Shown: positions 27,170-40,250, counted from the first letter of the stretch. The stretch is 64,000 bases of DNA from Octopus sinensis (GCF_006345805.1 NC_042998.1:16802001-16866000); one strand, 5' to 3'. The notes: generated from the sequence alone by a model not told the origin. A program made the numbers and translations.

Positions 27170-27390
27170 CAACATATAAAGTTAATCCAGACATGAAAAC
27201 GCAAAGAGAAAACACAACAACGCGAGGACGTGCAACAAGTATAGTATTATTGGACGCTCAGGAAAGAAGGAAAGAAGGAGGGTTTAACGTTTCGAGCGAA
27301 GCTCTTCGTCAGAAACATAGGAAAAGGAAAGATCCAAAGAAAGGAAGACGGAGAGAAAAATCGCCAACGGTATACACGCGGTCACATTTT
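27170..27390 (-). mobile_element. Family H-related terminal repeat with minimal hammerhead (27282-27316)
   Basis: Minus strand GUUU-CUGACGA-A-GAGC-UUC-GCUC-GAAAC-GUU|AAAC: canonical CUGANGA, 4-bp stem I, ACGU palindrome in place of stem III. Ends in (TA)n. Confidence 0.75.
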
Positions 27391-27764
27391 GAAATATATA
27401 TATATATCAACATATACACGGAGAGAGAAAGAAAGAGAGAAGGTGAGAGGGAGATGTTGATATGTACAATAGTTATATACATGTACATAAACTTATATGT
27501 AAAAAAATTATTACAATTTATATGCATATATTTTATGCATGTGCGTGTCCGTGTGTGAATGTGTGTGCATGTGTGTATGTGTGTGCGTCCGCGTGCATTC
27601 GTGTGTATATATTGGTGTATGCGCACACGAACATGCCTTCGCAAACATGTATGTTCTATAGACTTACACTAAATAAATTTTATGGGATAAAGCAAAATTT
27701 TATGAGTATATATTTGTCAATAGGAATGCATTTAGGTATAGACATACAAATGATATATTCTTCG

Positions 27765-27820
27765 TTTTACTCTTTCTTTTACTTGTTTCAGTCATTTGAC
27801 TGCGGCAATGCTGTAACATC
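27765..27820 (-). mobile_element. SINE family A tail fragment
   Basis: ttttacttgtttcagtcatttgactgcggcaatgctg matches the family A tail. Confidence 0.7.
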
Positions 27821-27842
27821 TCCCCCACTACTCGACCCCAGC

Positions 27843-27914
27843 CTCCCCAGCGGGTAATCTGACGCCTGTCTCCCGCGTTACAGCGAGGATTTTTACCACA
27901 TTGTGCTGTCCGGA
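27843..27914 (-). pseudogene. tRNA-Asp-derived pseudogene
   Basis: Minus strand TCCGGACAGCACAATGTGGTAAAAATCCTCGCTGTAACGCGGGAGACAGGCGTCAGATTACCCGCTGGGGAG aligns by eye to the eukaryotic tRNA-Asp(GTC) pattern ...GTGGT..GTATCCCCGCCTGTCACGCGGGAGACCGGGGTTCGATTCCCCGACGGGGAG. Anticodon loop and T-loop are mutated. Confidence 0.7.
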
Positions 27915-28039
27915 AAGTTCGTGCCGACTTATAGTAGCTGAACTTTCGACGTATTTTAGAATATGGTTGAGTCCATAAAATAGGATTTGACTGCACCTCC
28001 ATTTAGAGCACATTTTAAGCTCGTGGAAGAAGGTTTATG

Positions 28040-28395
28040 TTCCTATAACGATTGCCAACCTTGGATCGCTCTCCTGCATCTTCTCGTTTCCTTCTTCTGT
28101 ACGTGGGATACCCATCGTTGCCAACTTGAGCTTGATAAATGAAATTCTTTGGATATTTGTTGTGCATTTCCCTTCCTTCATGCATGGTGAGTGAGAATTT
28201 TGAGTACCACAGGGGCCATGAACCATATGAGATACCATGATATCATAGAGTGTCTGATCAATAGCAAGATCAGGATTTAAAGCCGAAATTTTAGAATCAG
28301 TTTGATTTCAATTAGTTTTTGTGCATAGCCAAAGTAAAATGTGGTAATCTCCTTTCCTGCCATTCCACTATATACATGGAACAGCGTATTTCCTC
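28040..28395 (-). mobile_element. Helitron Rep (HUH) domain fragment, pseudogenised
   Basis: MYIVEWQERRLPH (Rep motif VEFQKRGLPH), then DQTLYDIMVSHMVHGPCG..NSHSPCMKEGKC..GYPTYRRR. Confidence 0.88.
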
Positions 28396-28925
28396 AAAGA
28401 TATATGAATTTGAAAGCAGAAATGCAACGTGTGTATGTGTGTTTGCGCGCGCGTAATTTTATGGAGGGAAAGAGAGAGTGATAGAATGAGAGGCAAACAA
28501 AGATAGAAGGAGAGAAAGAAAGAGAGAGAGAAAGGGAGAAGAGAGAGAGAGAGAGAGAGAGAGAAAGAAACAAAATCTTAGAGAGATGGTGCCCGGTTTT
28601 AGTTTCACTTTGCGGGAAGAACAACGAGACAGAGTCTGTTTGAAGTAGCTTGGAAGAATTTTAGTTTCACTCTGTGGGAGAATCAAAGAGACAGGATCTC
28701 TTTGACGTAGCATGGCACAGAGGCACACTGACAGACAAACAGAGACTATAGACGAGGAGAGAATAGAGGAGACATAGAAAGAAAATTATAGCGGTGGTGT
28801 CTCATTTTAGTTTCACTTTGTGGGACAATCAGACAGGCCGAATCTCATATATACGGACTCAACCATGTCCTAAAATAAGTCGAAAGATATGCTACTATAA
28901 ATCGGCACGAACTTATATATATATA

Positions 28926-29302
28926 CTAGCAGTATCGCCCAGCGTTGCTCAGGTGTGTAAGGGAAATAGCTATATAAGCATTTTTAGAGATGTAAAGTAT
29001 AATAGCCATCTCAATATGGCTAACTACAAAGGGGGGGGTTTACTGTAACTTTTTCGTTCTGAGATATAATAATACATTTTTAGAGAGTTACTTCCCTTAT
29101 ATATGCAAAAAATGCATTAAAATGGGAAAAGTTGATAGTAATTTTTTTTTAAATCGTAGACTCATCGTAGACGCGCGCTAATACCCAGAAGGGCTCGATA
29201 TGAATCACGACTATAAGATACCCGGTTTTGGTTAAACTTCATCGCAAAATGTGGGAGTAGTTAGGAATCTAAATCGTAGGAGACAGACGGCAGACAACCT
29301 CA

Positions 29303-29330
<28 letters not shown>
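28926..29330 (-). mobile_element. Non-autonomous Helitron-like element
   Basis: The 3' end is CTAG at 28926-28929, with a nearby GC-rich imperfect hairpin (gcccagcgttgctcagg). The other end merges into (TA)n. Confidence 0.6.
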
Positions 29331-29339
<9 letters not shown>

Positions 29340-29733
29340 TGCAAACTATGCGTCACTGTTTGTGACATTGGCGGATGGACTCTGCATTGAGCATTATGAT
29401 TGTGTGTTTGATTCGTTTTAAAAATATCAATGTTTTCCTGCTAAAAGCACATAACACAAGTATGAAAAATGGAGTTCAGTGATAGTGTGCTGAACTCATG
29501 TAGAATTACAGTAAACTTTAGCCCAGAAACTAAAACAAAAACAAAAAGAATATTGAAATTAATTAATTTCAAAATGTTATTAATTCAGTCATTATCTTAT
29601 ATTACCAGTCAAACAGTATATTTGACATATCAATATATCAACGTAATTGCTTTTCTACTTTATCTTTCTTTTATTCCTGTTTCCTTTCAATTAATAAAAT
29701 GATTACTTATTTCCAATAATGAATAGAATATAG

Positions 29734-29734
<1 letters not shown>

Positions 29735-29764
<30 letters not shown>

Positions 29765-29900
29765 TGTATGTATGTATGTATGCATGTATGTATGTATGTA
29801 TGTATGTATGCATGTATGTATGTATGTATGTATGTATGTATGTATGTATGTATGTATGCATGTATGTATGTATGTATGTATGTATGTATGTATGTATTTA
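29735..29900. repeat. (TATG)n microsatellite
   Basis: Visible directly in the sequence. Confidence 0.95.
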
Positions 29901-29902
29901 TG

Positions 29903-29956
<54 letters not shown>

Positions 29957-30444
29957 CGTATTTATTAAGAACTTGTCCAAGAAAACAAAAAAATTACATT
30001 CAGTGTCTTTATTAATACTTTGCGGCGCTTAAGTTTATTTCCTTTATTCGTATATTCTTAGATACGTAGGTATTACTGTTCCGGTTCGCAAATCAAAATG
30101 TCTTTGACGGAACATTTATTGTTTAAACAATGGCAGTTTGTTACTGTTTTATGAAATATTGAATGCTGCAAATATCTTTCGTAATTATGTCCACTTCTAT
30201 TCAGATATATGATATACATTTGAAAGTAGCCTTTACGAAAGAAATTTCATAAAATACGGCCTTATTCATGAAACCTGCTAGAATCGTGTAATGCTTCTCT
30301 ACTCTTTAGTTATCCCTTAAATAAACGTGTCATGACATAATTTAGCATTTCCTCCTTACCCATCTTAGAATTTTCATCTAAATATTAAGCATTACGGATA
30401 TTATTCTAGCAGAATGCTCTGAATATTATTTACATTATTTACAT

Positions 30445-31000
30445 TCGACGGATATTTATCCTCATCTTGCCGCTACGTTTTGAGTTCAAATTCTGCCGAG
30501 GTCGACGTTGCCTTTCATCTTTTTGGAGGTCGATAAATTAAGTACCAGTTGCGTACTGGGCTCAATGTAATCGACTGGCCCACTCGCTCTAAATTTCAGG
30601 ATTTATGCCTATAATAGAAAAGTACATTTATTCCCCACAGGGGTTAAAACAGAGATGGGGCAAACAAGGACATCGACACCAGTGCTTAACTGGTACTTGT
30701 GTAATGGATGAAAGGAAAAGTCGACCTCGGCGGAATTTGAACTCAGAAAGTAAATTCCGACGAAATACCTATTTCTTTACTACCCACAAGGCGATAAACA
30801 CAGAGGGAACAATCAAGGACAGACAAACGGATTAATTCAGTTTCATCGACCTCAGTGCGTAACTGGTACTTAATTTATCGACCCCGAAAGGATGAAAGGC
30901 AAAGTTGACCTGGGCGGAATTTGAACTTAGAACGTAACGGCAGACGAAATATGGTTACGCATTTCGCCCGGCGTGCTAACCTTTCTGCCAGGTCGCCACC
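30445..31000. mobile_element. Cluster of SINE family B copies: + partial 30445-30620, - partial 30625-30768, - full 30771-31000
   Basis: The family B core GAGGTCGAC(T/G)TTGCCTTTCATC recurs in both orientations. Confidence 0.82.
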
Positions 31001-31288
31001 CTAGTAGAAGAATAAATTGTGACAGGTACTGAATACAGAAAAATGTGTAAAGCCGATAACTATATAATCCACCCAAAATATCCCAGTTTCGCAAAACAGA
31101 ATTACTATTTAGCCTCAAAATACTTCGTACATGTTCAGAGAATACTGTTGTTTCAGTGGTACAGAACGTTTTTCTAGTATTCTTTTATTATTTTACTTGT
31201 TCCAGTCATTTAACGGTGACAATGCTGGAGCACCCCACTTTCATTAAAGAAATTCACCTCTGGACTTATTCCCTGTAAGACTAGTTTT

Positions 31289-32135
31289 GGATCTTTTCCT
31301 TTTGAACGGCACTTTGTAACATACTTTCTAGGTAACTAAAAAGTTTTAAACTTCGTATACTGGTAGAATGTGTTTATAAAACATAATTTTAACTCTTGGC
31401 TTTATTGAGATAATTCTATAGTTTGTAAGATATTTCGTCTGAAATTTCTTGCATTTCGGCAATTTTAACCAATCAATTACCTCAATTGACGTAAATAACA
31501 TTCTGTGCATAATGAATATGTCCATCCTTTAAGAAACAGATTGGGTTTATTTACATTTGTGAAGAAAAACGATACCCTTCCCCCACCCTTAACCTTAACT
31601 AACCCTAACTCTAACCCTAAATCTAAAATAGATTGAAATGCAATAGATCGATACTAGTGTAATAATTATGGGTGACAATTTCATACGACACCGATACGGA
31701 AAATGGGATTATTTTCTAGCGGTGTCAAATGAAAATGTCACCCATAGTTATATCCCTAATATCGATCTATTGCATTTCAATCTATTTTAGATTTAGGGTT
31801 AGGGTTTGGGTTAGTTAGGGTTAGGATTAGGGTTATGGGTTGGGGAAGAGTATCTTTATTTCTTCACAAATGTAAATAAACCCAATCTGTTTCTTAAACG
31901 AGGGACATATTCATTATGCACAGAATGTTATTTACATCAATGGAGGTAATTGATTAGTTAAAATTGCCGAAATGCAAGAAATTTTAGACGAAATATGCTA
32001 CAACCTATAGAATTTTCTTAATAAAGCCAAGAGAAAATGATGTTTTATAAACACATTCTACCAGTATACGAAATTTAAAACTTTTTAGTTACCTATAAAT
32101 TATGTTACAAAGTGCCGTTCAAAAGGAAAAGGTCC
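31289..32135. mobile_element. Head-to-head foldback MITE with GG termini and 8-bp TSD (Merlin-like)
   Basis: Termini GGATCTTTTCCTTTTGAACGGCAC / GTGCCGTTCAAAAGGAAAAGGTCC. CTAGTTTT is duplicated at 31281-31288 and 32136-32143. Arms are ~410 bp with CCCTAA/TTAGGG-like runs. Inserted into a decayed SINE A. Confidence 0.88.
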
Positions 32136-32900
32136 CTAGTTTTTGTTTAAAAGGTGAAAATATTTCTAAAATACTTACTTACCTAACACACAAGGATATA
32201 GTATATAAGATACGGTAATTAATTATATGTAGGAGAGTAAAAAGTAAAGAGGAAAAATAGAATTAATATTTTTGATTTTGTTCAGCTCTATGAATTTAAT
32301 TTCGTCAGTTGCTTGATACAAGAAAAAAGAAATTGGAAAACTCCTGACCAAAACAGAGAAATTCTAACATACAAAAATATAATCGAGAAAGTTGCATATA
32401 TTTCCGCCACGTGACGCTTATCGCGCGCGGACCCACACACACAAATACATTCATATACGTGTGTTTGTGTGTGTATGTGTGCGCGTGCGTGTTTCTTTTA
32501 GCTCTTGTTTAATAATACACGTCAACAAACTAGGCAATTGAATAAATCTGTGTTGTTGTTCATTTTGCTAGAAACTACAGCCAAATCTCTCTCATACTAA
32601 GGAAAGGGAAAGAATAGAATTAATATTTTTTTAAATGCTTTCATCAATTACATGATACAAGAAAAAATATAATGGAAAGATCGTGACCAAAACAGAGGAG
32701 TTGTAACTTAACAACAAATATAGAAAGGGAAAGGAAAGTTTATATTCCAAAGCCAAAAGATGATTTTTTTTTTCTTTTTAGCTGAGGTGCAATTTTATAA
32801 TCAAAAGACATTCAAAATTTAAATTTCCGAGCATAAGACTTAATATGTTATCTGGTGTATGGCCGAATTCAAATGGGTAGAAGACCCGAAACATTTGTGT

Positions 32901-32965
<65 letters not shown>

Positions 32966-33733
32966 TGTGTGTGTGTGTGCATATGTGTGTGCGTGTGTGT
33001 GTGTGTATGCGTGTGTGTATTTGTGTCTGTGTGTGTGTGTCTGTGTGTGTGTGGTTACGCCTTTAATAGCCAGGGGTCAATTTCAGTTCAATCGTAGAAG
33101 GGTATTCAAATACCTATCAGCCACTCCCTCTCACTCTCTTTCTCTCTCTCTCTCCGCATCTCCATGGAGATGTGAGCAAAGAGGGAAGAGGAGACAAAAT
33201 AAACAATAAAGAAGGAAAATAGTAATTACTAAGAAAGGACATCTTGATAGAAGAGAGAGAGAGAGAGAAAGAGGGTGAGGGGAGGTGAAGACGATCCACA
33301 CAAACACGTGATCTGTTGAGATATCTAAAGCAGGTGTCCAGCGGGTATCTTCCGTAACGCTACACCTGCGTCGAGTCATGCATGTGCGCAGATATTCGCG
33401 TACACGCGTCCGCAAGTACGTACATATGTACTTATAAATGTCGGTTTTCGTTTAAAGTGTTGTGCTTTGACCGCTTTTGTAAACTGCTTCATTTTGATAA
33501 CATATTCAACTATAATGATATATTTTGATATACTTGCAAATCTCATTCCCATTCTTCTTGTGACATCTGCCATCAGGGATTCTCAGCCATTCTATTAATT
33601 TAATACAAAAAAGACATTTCAACTCGGCGCCATCAAATTTGGCTCTGTATATATTTGTTCTCAACTTGGAGTGAAGTCAATCGACGCGTATATACATACA
33701 TGCATAGACACATATAATATATATTTGATATAC

Positions 33734-34130
33734 AGGCGCAGGAGTGGCTGTGTGGTAAGTAGCATGCTAACCAACCACATGGTTCCGGGTTCAGTCCCAC
33801 TGCGTGGCATCTAGGGCAAGTGTCTTCTGCTATAGCCCCGGGCCGACCAATGCCTTGTGAGTGGATTTGGTAGACAGAAACTGAAAGAAGCCTGTCGTAT
33901 ATATGTATATATATATAAATGTTTGTGTGGGTTTGTGTGTCTGTGTTTGTGCCCCTAGCATTGCTTGACAACCGATGCGGGTGTGTTTACATCCCCGTAT
34001 CTTACGGGTTAGACAAGAGAGACCGATAGAATAAGCACTGGGCTTACAAAGAATAAGTCCCGGGGTCGATTTGCTCGACTAAAGGCGGTGCTCAAATGGC
34101 TGAAACAAGCAAAAGAGTAAAGAGTAAAGA
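33734..34130 (+). mobile_element. SINE family A
   Basis: Full-length match, with a small deletion in the tail. Confidence 0.9.
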
Positions 34131-34176
34131 GCATATATATATGTGTGTGTGTGTGTGCCGGTTTGTCTTTGTGTGT

Positions 34177-34473
34177 GGAGGCGCAATGGCCCAGTGGTTA
34201 GGGCTGCGGACTCGCGGTCGTAGGATCGTGGTTTCAATACCCAGACCGGACATTGTGAGTATTTATTGAGCGAAAACACATAAAGCTCCACGAGGTTCCG
34301 GCAAGGTGTCGTGGCAATCACTGCTGTATTCTTTCGCCACAGCTTTCTCTCATTCTTTCTTCTGTTGGCCTGCTCGCTTAGCCAGCGGAGTGGCGTCATT
34401 TCAAGGCTAAAACAATGCGAAGCGCATTGTGACCAGCGATGTGTAGCAGCATCTGATAGCCTGGTCGGTCAGT

Positions 34474-34476
<3 letters not shown>
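34177..34476 (+). mobile_element. SINE with family C head and RTE-like tail
   Basis: Same head as 26257-26650 but a different 3' half, ending ctggtcggtcagtgtgat followed by (TA)n. Confidence 0.85.
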
Positions 34477-34521
<45 letters not shown>

Positions 34522-35417
34522 CTGAGACGAAGAAATACATGGATGCACATCTATATATATGTTTATGCGTGTATATATATATAAATATATATTTTTTATG
34601 TGTATATATATATATATATACATATAATTGGTGTAGTAATCACTTGATCATGTCATTATCATTTCAGGTTAAATAATAGAATTTCTTCAAAAGATCAATA
34701 GCTATAACTTAATTTAATTCCATTAGAATTTCAGTGAGTATCTAATAATAATCCTTGTAAATAAAGTACTGCATATCTTTCTAATTATGAACAACGTAAT
34801 GGATATTAAATTTTTAATTATCAAAGTTAATCTCCTTGCATTTATAATAAGTGACAGACACATTGGTTCATTAATGCTCTCTTTTGGATAAGGTCACCTA
34901 CAATGCTGATCCACTTGGTTATATTGACAGAGAATCATTTGATCTTAGACGCTGATAGTTTCCTTTAATTTCAAATCAACGACCTAATTCAATTGGAACA
35001 AGATGCGACTTCAGGAAATGAGTTTAGCCTAATGAATTTTTCTCATTGAAAGGCATGTTTCAGTATAATATAATGGGTAGATGTAATGCGTCAATATGGC
35101 CATTGTGTGATTACAATGCTTATCGAAAATAATTGATGTTTAATGTACGTATATTATTCTAGTCATGTCGGCAGTGTTCCAGAATAATAAGTACATTTGG
35201 CGCTAAGATATTAACGATGAGAACAAATGACACGAAGCCTCACAGCAGCTGGGCAGACGACTGTACCTAACTGTAAGTTAATTTGGCACTATCTATTTCT
35301 CTGCCTGCATATATGAATGCGCAAACAATCATAGATTTATGCTTATATTTAAATACACACACACACATACACATGCAAACGCATAAACACATATACACAT
35401 ATATGCATACACGCATA

Positions 35418-35459
<42 letters not shown>

Positions 35460-35558
35460 TTCACATAATATATCCATATATATATATATATTTATATCAT
35501 ATATATATATATATATATGATATAAATATATATATATATATATGGATATATTTATGTC

Positions 35559-35616
<58 letters not shown>

Positions 35617-35962
35617 GAGCTACAAGTGGATTTTTTTGTAAGTAAAATTACATTTAATTCATTAATAGCGAAACAATTGTCCCAAAAAAATCTGTATTTT
35701 TGTTATTTTTTATTTGCCCTGTCCGTGTGAGCTAACAATCGTACTGACTTTCATGGGAAACATGTATTTTTGTGGTTGAAACCTTTTGGATTAACTGGTG
35801 CTAGAGTGAGCCATATAGTGACCACTCTCTTATATTGATTTTGTAAAAATATTATAATATATTATAAAATATTATAATAATCCAGGTTTCTCGGAGCACT
35901 AGGCCACTTGGTGTTGAATAGATATACTATAAATTAGTATCTAATTCTCTCACCCTTATTAA

Positions 35963-35994
<32 letters not shown>

Positions 35995-36024
35995 TCACAT
36001 AATATATCCATATATATATATATT

Positions 36025-36073
<49 letters not shown>

Positions 36074-36310
36074 TAGATAGATAGATCGATAGATAGATAG
36101 ATAGATAGACAGATATAGATATAGATATTGATATGTATATGAATACAAAAATATGAATATATATTTATAATAATTATAGTCATCTTGTTATTAGATGCAC
36201 CAACCATTGCATTTCTTGACTACCAGTTTCCTCCGTGAACTTACCAATTTATGTTTAAGTTTGTGTAGATATATCACATGTGTGTATATGTATCATATAT
36301 GTGTATAGGT

Positions 36311-36537
36311 ATTTCTTTACTGGCCACAGCGGGCTAAACATAGAGAGAACAAACAAGGACAAAGGGATTAAGTCGATTATATCGACACCAGAGCGTAACT
36401 GGTACTTATTTAATAGACCCCGAAAGAATGAAAGGCAAAGTCGACCACGGTGGAGTTTGAACTCAGAACGTAACGGGAAGCGAAATATCGCTAAGCATTT
36501 CGCCCGGTGTCCTAACGTTTCTGCCAGCTCGCCGCCC
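36311..36537 (-). mobile_element. SINE family B
   Basis: Matches 11976-12202. Confidence 0.88.
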
Positions 36538-37106
36538 TATATATGTGTATATATGTGCGTGCATATATGTGTATATGTGTGGATGCATATGTGTGTATGT
36601 GTGTGAATGTATGTGTAAGTGTGTATGCGTGTGTATGTGTGTGTCGGGGTGTGTAAAAGTGTTGTGATGTAGAATTTTGATGAAATCTTTTCTAATATCA
36701 TACAGAACGTCAATGACAAGTAACTTCCTGTCTCAACGTGTGTTCGTAATTGCCAAATATGTTACTCGGAGAAGATGCACAGACGCATCCAACTTGCAGT
36801 GGGGTTCAATAGTGTACACGACCTCTCCATTTGTTTTTATTAGCAGCTAAGACTGTCGTGGAAATCCAAGTTTTTAAACTCGCCCCCATGCAGTCCAAAT
36901 TCTAATGTTAGCCAATCAGCTACCACGCTCAAAATTACAGAGTAAATATTTTTGTTCTTTACTTTGGCTAGTCATTACAGTTTAGAGCGATTCTATAATT
37001 AGGTGCAAACATGAACACATATAGAACTAAGCAGCGTTCACATTATTTGGTTCCCAACATAGTAGCTATTTTCGCGTAAATAACACATTCTAAGACAGCA
37101 TGAACG

Positions 37107-37155
<49 letters not shown>

Positions 37156-37158
<3 letters not shown>

Positions 37159-37339
37159 AGAGTTTACGAAAAACAAAAAACAAAAGACGAAGACAGGCGA
37201 TGTACAAAACAAACTGGTGTATTAGTATAACGCTCAGGAATAGAAAAAGTATTTTACGTTTCGAGCGTACGCTCTTCTACAGTAAGAGACAGAAAGAACA
37301 AGGAGAGAAAAAAATGTGTGTGGTGGCTAACGACCTGTC

Positions 37340-37340
<1 letters not shown>
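37156..37340 (-). mobile_element. Family H terminal repeat with hammerhead-like motif (37251-37287)
   Basis: Minus strand CUGUAGA-AGAGCGUACGCUC-GAAAC-GUA, flanked by (TA)n on both sides. Confidence 0.7.
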
Positions 37341-37362
<22 letters not shown>

Positions 37363-37373
<11 letters not shown>

Positions 37374-37670
37374 GCAACCTTGTCTCGGGAGACAATGGAG
37401 TTGCGCATAAACTAATCCAGTCTGGTTTTCATTTCATGACTTCTCCAGTTTCCACTCCAGTTTTGCGCAAGCGTGGGCTAAATATAAGAAAATCCTGGGT
37501 AGCCCAATCGTCAGGATCCTCTCTCGACCTTGCTGACGTAGTTCAAAGGAGTGCAGATCACTACGCTTGGCACGAGCTTTGTTGCAGGAGCTGCCGGAAG
37601 AACGTCGAATCGAAATCCAAACACGGGGGCTCCGCCCCGGATTTCTTTTGGTGGTTGTTTACTTTCCGTA
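37363..37670 (-). mobile_element. Probable short RTE-derived non-autonomous retroelement
   Basis: Ends on the minus strand in (CAA)n next to GACAAGGTTGCC. The body resembles RTE UTR sequence as I recall it (unverified). Confidence 0.4.
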
Positions 37671-37676
37671 ACCCTG

Positions 37677-40197
37677 GATATTAACTCTCACGCGACTCTG
37701 CATCTTTCTTTCTTTCTCTCCCATTCCCTTTTTCGTCTTTTTTTCCCTCACTTAACTTGTCTCTTTCTCTCTCTCTCATTCTTCATTCTCTCTCTCCCTT
37801 TCACCATTCTTCATGGTCTCCTCGCACAATTCCCCTTCTTCTCTCTCTTCCTCTTGCTCCTCCTCCCCCATTCCCGTCGTCCATCTGCGACGATACTTCC
37901 GTCGTAACAGCTATCCTGTCTTTTCTCGCCCGCCTTGTAAGGCTACTGGTCGACACATTTTCTCTCTCTCGTCGTCCACGATAATCCAGCGTTTGCAATA
38001 CTTTTTTCGTCTGGCGATAACAGCCCTTCTTATCTTGTTCTCCTTGTCCTGTCTCTCACTGTTATATATTTATTTTTCCACTATTTATATATATATTTTT
38101 TACTGTTTATATGTTTGTACTGTCGTTACCGTTTTGCTTTTTTACCCCTCTGCGAAAAGATCTCAGAATTTTAATTGATTTGCTTTTCGCGGGAAGGAAG
38201 TTTTCTTCGAAGTATACGTCTCGCTTTTATCCTTCGAAACGTTTAGTAGATGAAACCTTAGCGACTGAAGAAGGGGATTTTTCGTTGTGCTTATTGTCCT
38301 GTATCTCTCTTTTTTTGCTTGTCTTGTTCCTTGGTTTGTGTCTATGTGTTTCGTCTCTCTATGTGTTCGACGTCTTTTTGGTGTCCTGTACACATATATG
38401 CGTGTATATGTACATGTAGAGGTAGGTACGTACATATATGTTTATATATGCATATGTTCTATTTTATTAACATATTATACGACTAAACGCACGCACCCTA
38501 TTAAGTAAGATTGTTCTGTTTATCAAGTTAGCCTTGATATTAACTCTCACGCGACTCTGCATCTTTCTTTCTTTCTCTCCCATTCCCTTTTTCGTCTTTT
38601 TTTCCCTCACTTAACTTGTCTCTTCCTCTCTCTCTCATTCTTCATTCTCTCTCTCCTTTCACCACCATTCTTCATGGTCTCCTCGCACAATTCCCCTTAT
38701 TCTCTCTCTTCCTCTTGCTCATCCTCCCCCATTCCCGTCGTCCATCTGCGACGATACTTCCGTCGTAACTGCTATCCTGTCTTTTCTCGCCCGCCTTGTA
38801 AGGCTACTGGTCGACACATTTTCTCTCTCTCGTCGTCCACGATAATCCAGCGTTTGCAATACTTTTTTCGTCTGGCGTTAACAGCCCTTCTTATCTTGTT
38901 CTCCTTGTCCTGTCTCTCACTGTTATATATTTATTTTTCCACTGTTTATATATATATTTTTTACTGTTTATATGTTTGTACTGTCGTTACCGTCTTGCTT
39001 TTTTTACCCCTCTGCGAAAAGATCTCAGAATTTTAATTGATTTGCTTTTCGCGGGAAGGAAGTTTTCTTCGAAGTATACGTCTCGCTTTTATCCTTCGAA
39101 ACGTTTAGTAGATGAAACCTTAGCGACTGAAGAAGGGGATTTTTCGTTGTGCTTATTGTCCTGTATCTCTCTTTTTTTTGCTTGTCTTGTTCCTTGGTTT
39201 GTGTCTATGTGTTTCGTCTCTCTATGTGTTCGACGTCTTTTTGGTGTCCTGTACACATATATGCGTGTATATGTACATGTAGAGGTAGGTACGTACACAT
39301 ATGTTTATATATATGCATATGTTCTATTTTATTAACATATTATACGACTAAACGCACGCACCCTATTAAGTAAGATTGTTCTGTTTATCAAGTTAGCCTT
39401 GATATTCACTCTCACGCGACTCTGCATCTTTCTTTCTTTCTCTCCCATTCCCTTTTTCGTCTTTTTTTCCCTCACTTAACTTGTCTCTTCCTCTCTCTCT
39501 CATTCTTCATTCTCTCTCTCCCTTTCACCATTCTTCATGGTCTCCTCGCACAATTCCCCTTCTTCTCTCTCTTCCTCTTGCTCCTCCTCCCCCATTCCCG
39601 TCGTCCATCTGCGACGATACTTCCGTCGTAACTGCTATCCTGTCTTTTCTCGCCCGCCTTGTAAGGCTACTGGTCGACACATTTTCTCTCTCTCGTCGTC
39701 CACGATAATCCAGCGTTTGCAATACATTTTTCGTCTGGCGTTAACAGCCCTTCTTATCTTGTTCCCCTTGTCCTGTCTCTCACTGTTATATATTTATTTT
39801 TCCACTGTTTATATATATATTTTTTACTGTTTATATGTTTGTACTGTCGTTACCGTCTTGCTTTTTTTACCCCTCTGCGAAAAGATCTCAGAATTTTAAT
39901 TGATTTGCTTTTCGCGGGAAGGAAGTTTTCTTCGAAGTATACGTCTCGCTTTTATCCTTCGAAACGTTTAGTAGATGAAACCTTAGCGACTGAAGAAGGG
40001 GATTTTTCGTTGTGCTTATTGTCCTGTATCTCTCTTTTTTTTTGCTTGTCTTGTTCCTTGGTTTGTGTCTATGTGTTTCGTCTCTCTATGTGTTCGACGT
40101 CTTTTTGGTGTCCTGTACACATATATGCGTGTATATGTACATGTAGAGGTAGGTACGTACATATATGTTTATATATATGCATATGTTCTATTTTATT

Positions 40198-40204
<7 letters not shown>
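37677..40204 (+). repeat. ~2.9 tandem copies of an ~860-bp unit resembling a Penelope-like terminal region
   Basis: Units start at 37677, 38536 and 39401 (GATATT(A/C)ACTCTCACGCGAC) and are near-identical. Each has a CT-rich part and then CCTTCGAAACGTT...CTGAAGAAGGGG. The array ends in (TA)n. Confidence 0.95.

Positions 40205-40250
<46 letters not shown>

Noticed and set aside
31583-31845. Telomere-like CCCTAA/TTAGGG runs as a chromosome fusion relic
   Set aside because: The runs are short and degenerate, and are internal to a MITE that also occurs at 58089.
32257-32730. Old ~130-bp direct duplication (32257-32390 versus 32614-32730)
   Set aside because: Diverged, AT-rich local duplication with no functional signature.
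37757-39899. Recurring 65-121-aa ORFs in the tandem units
   Set aside because: They recur only because of the DNA repeat, are low-complexity, and shift frame between copies.
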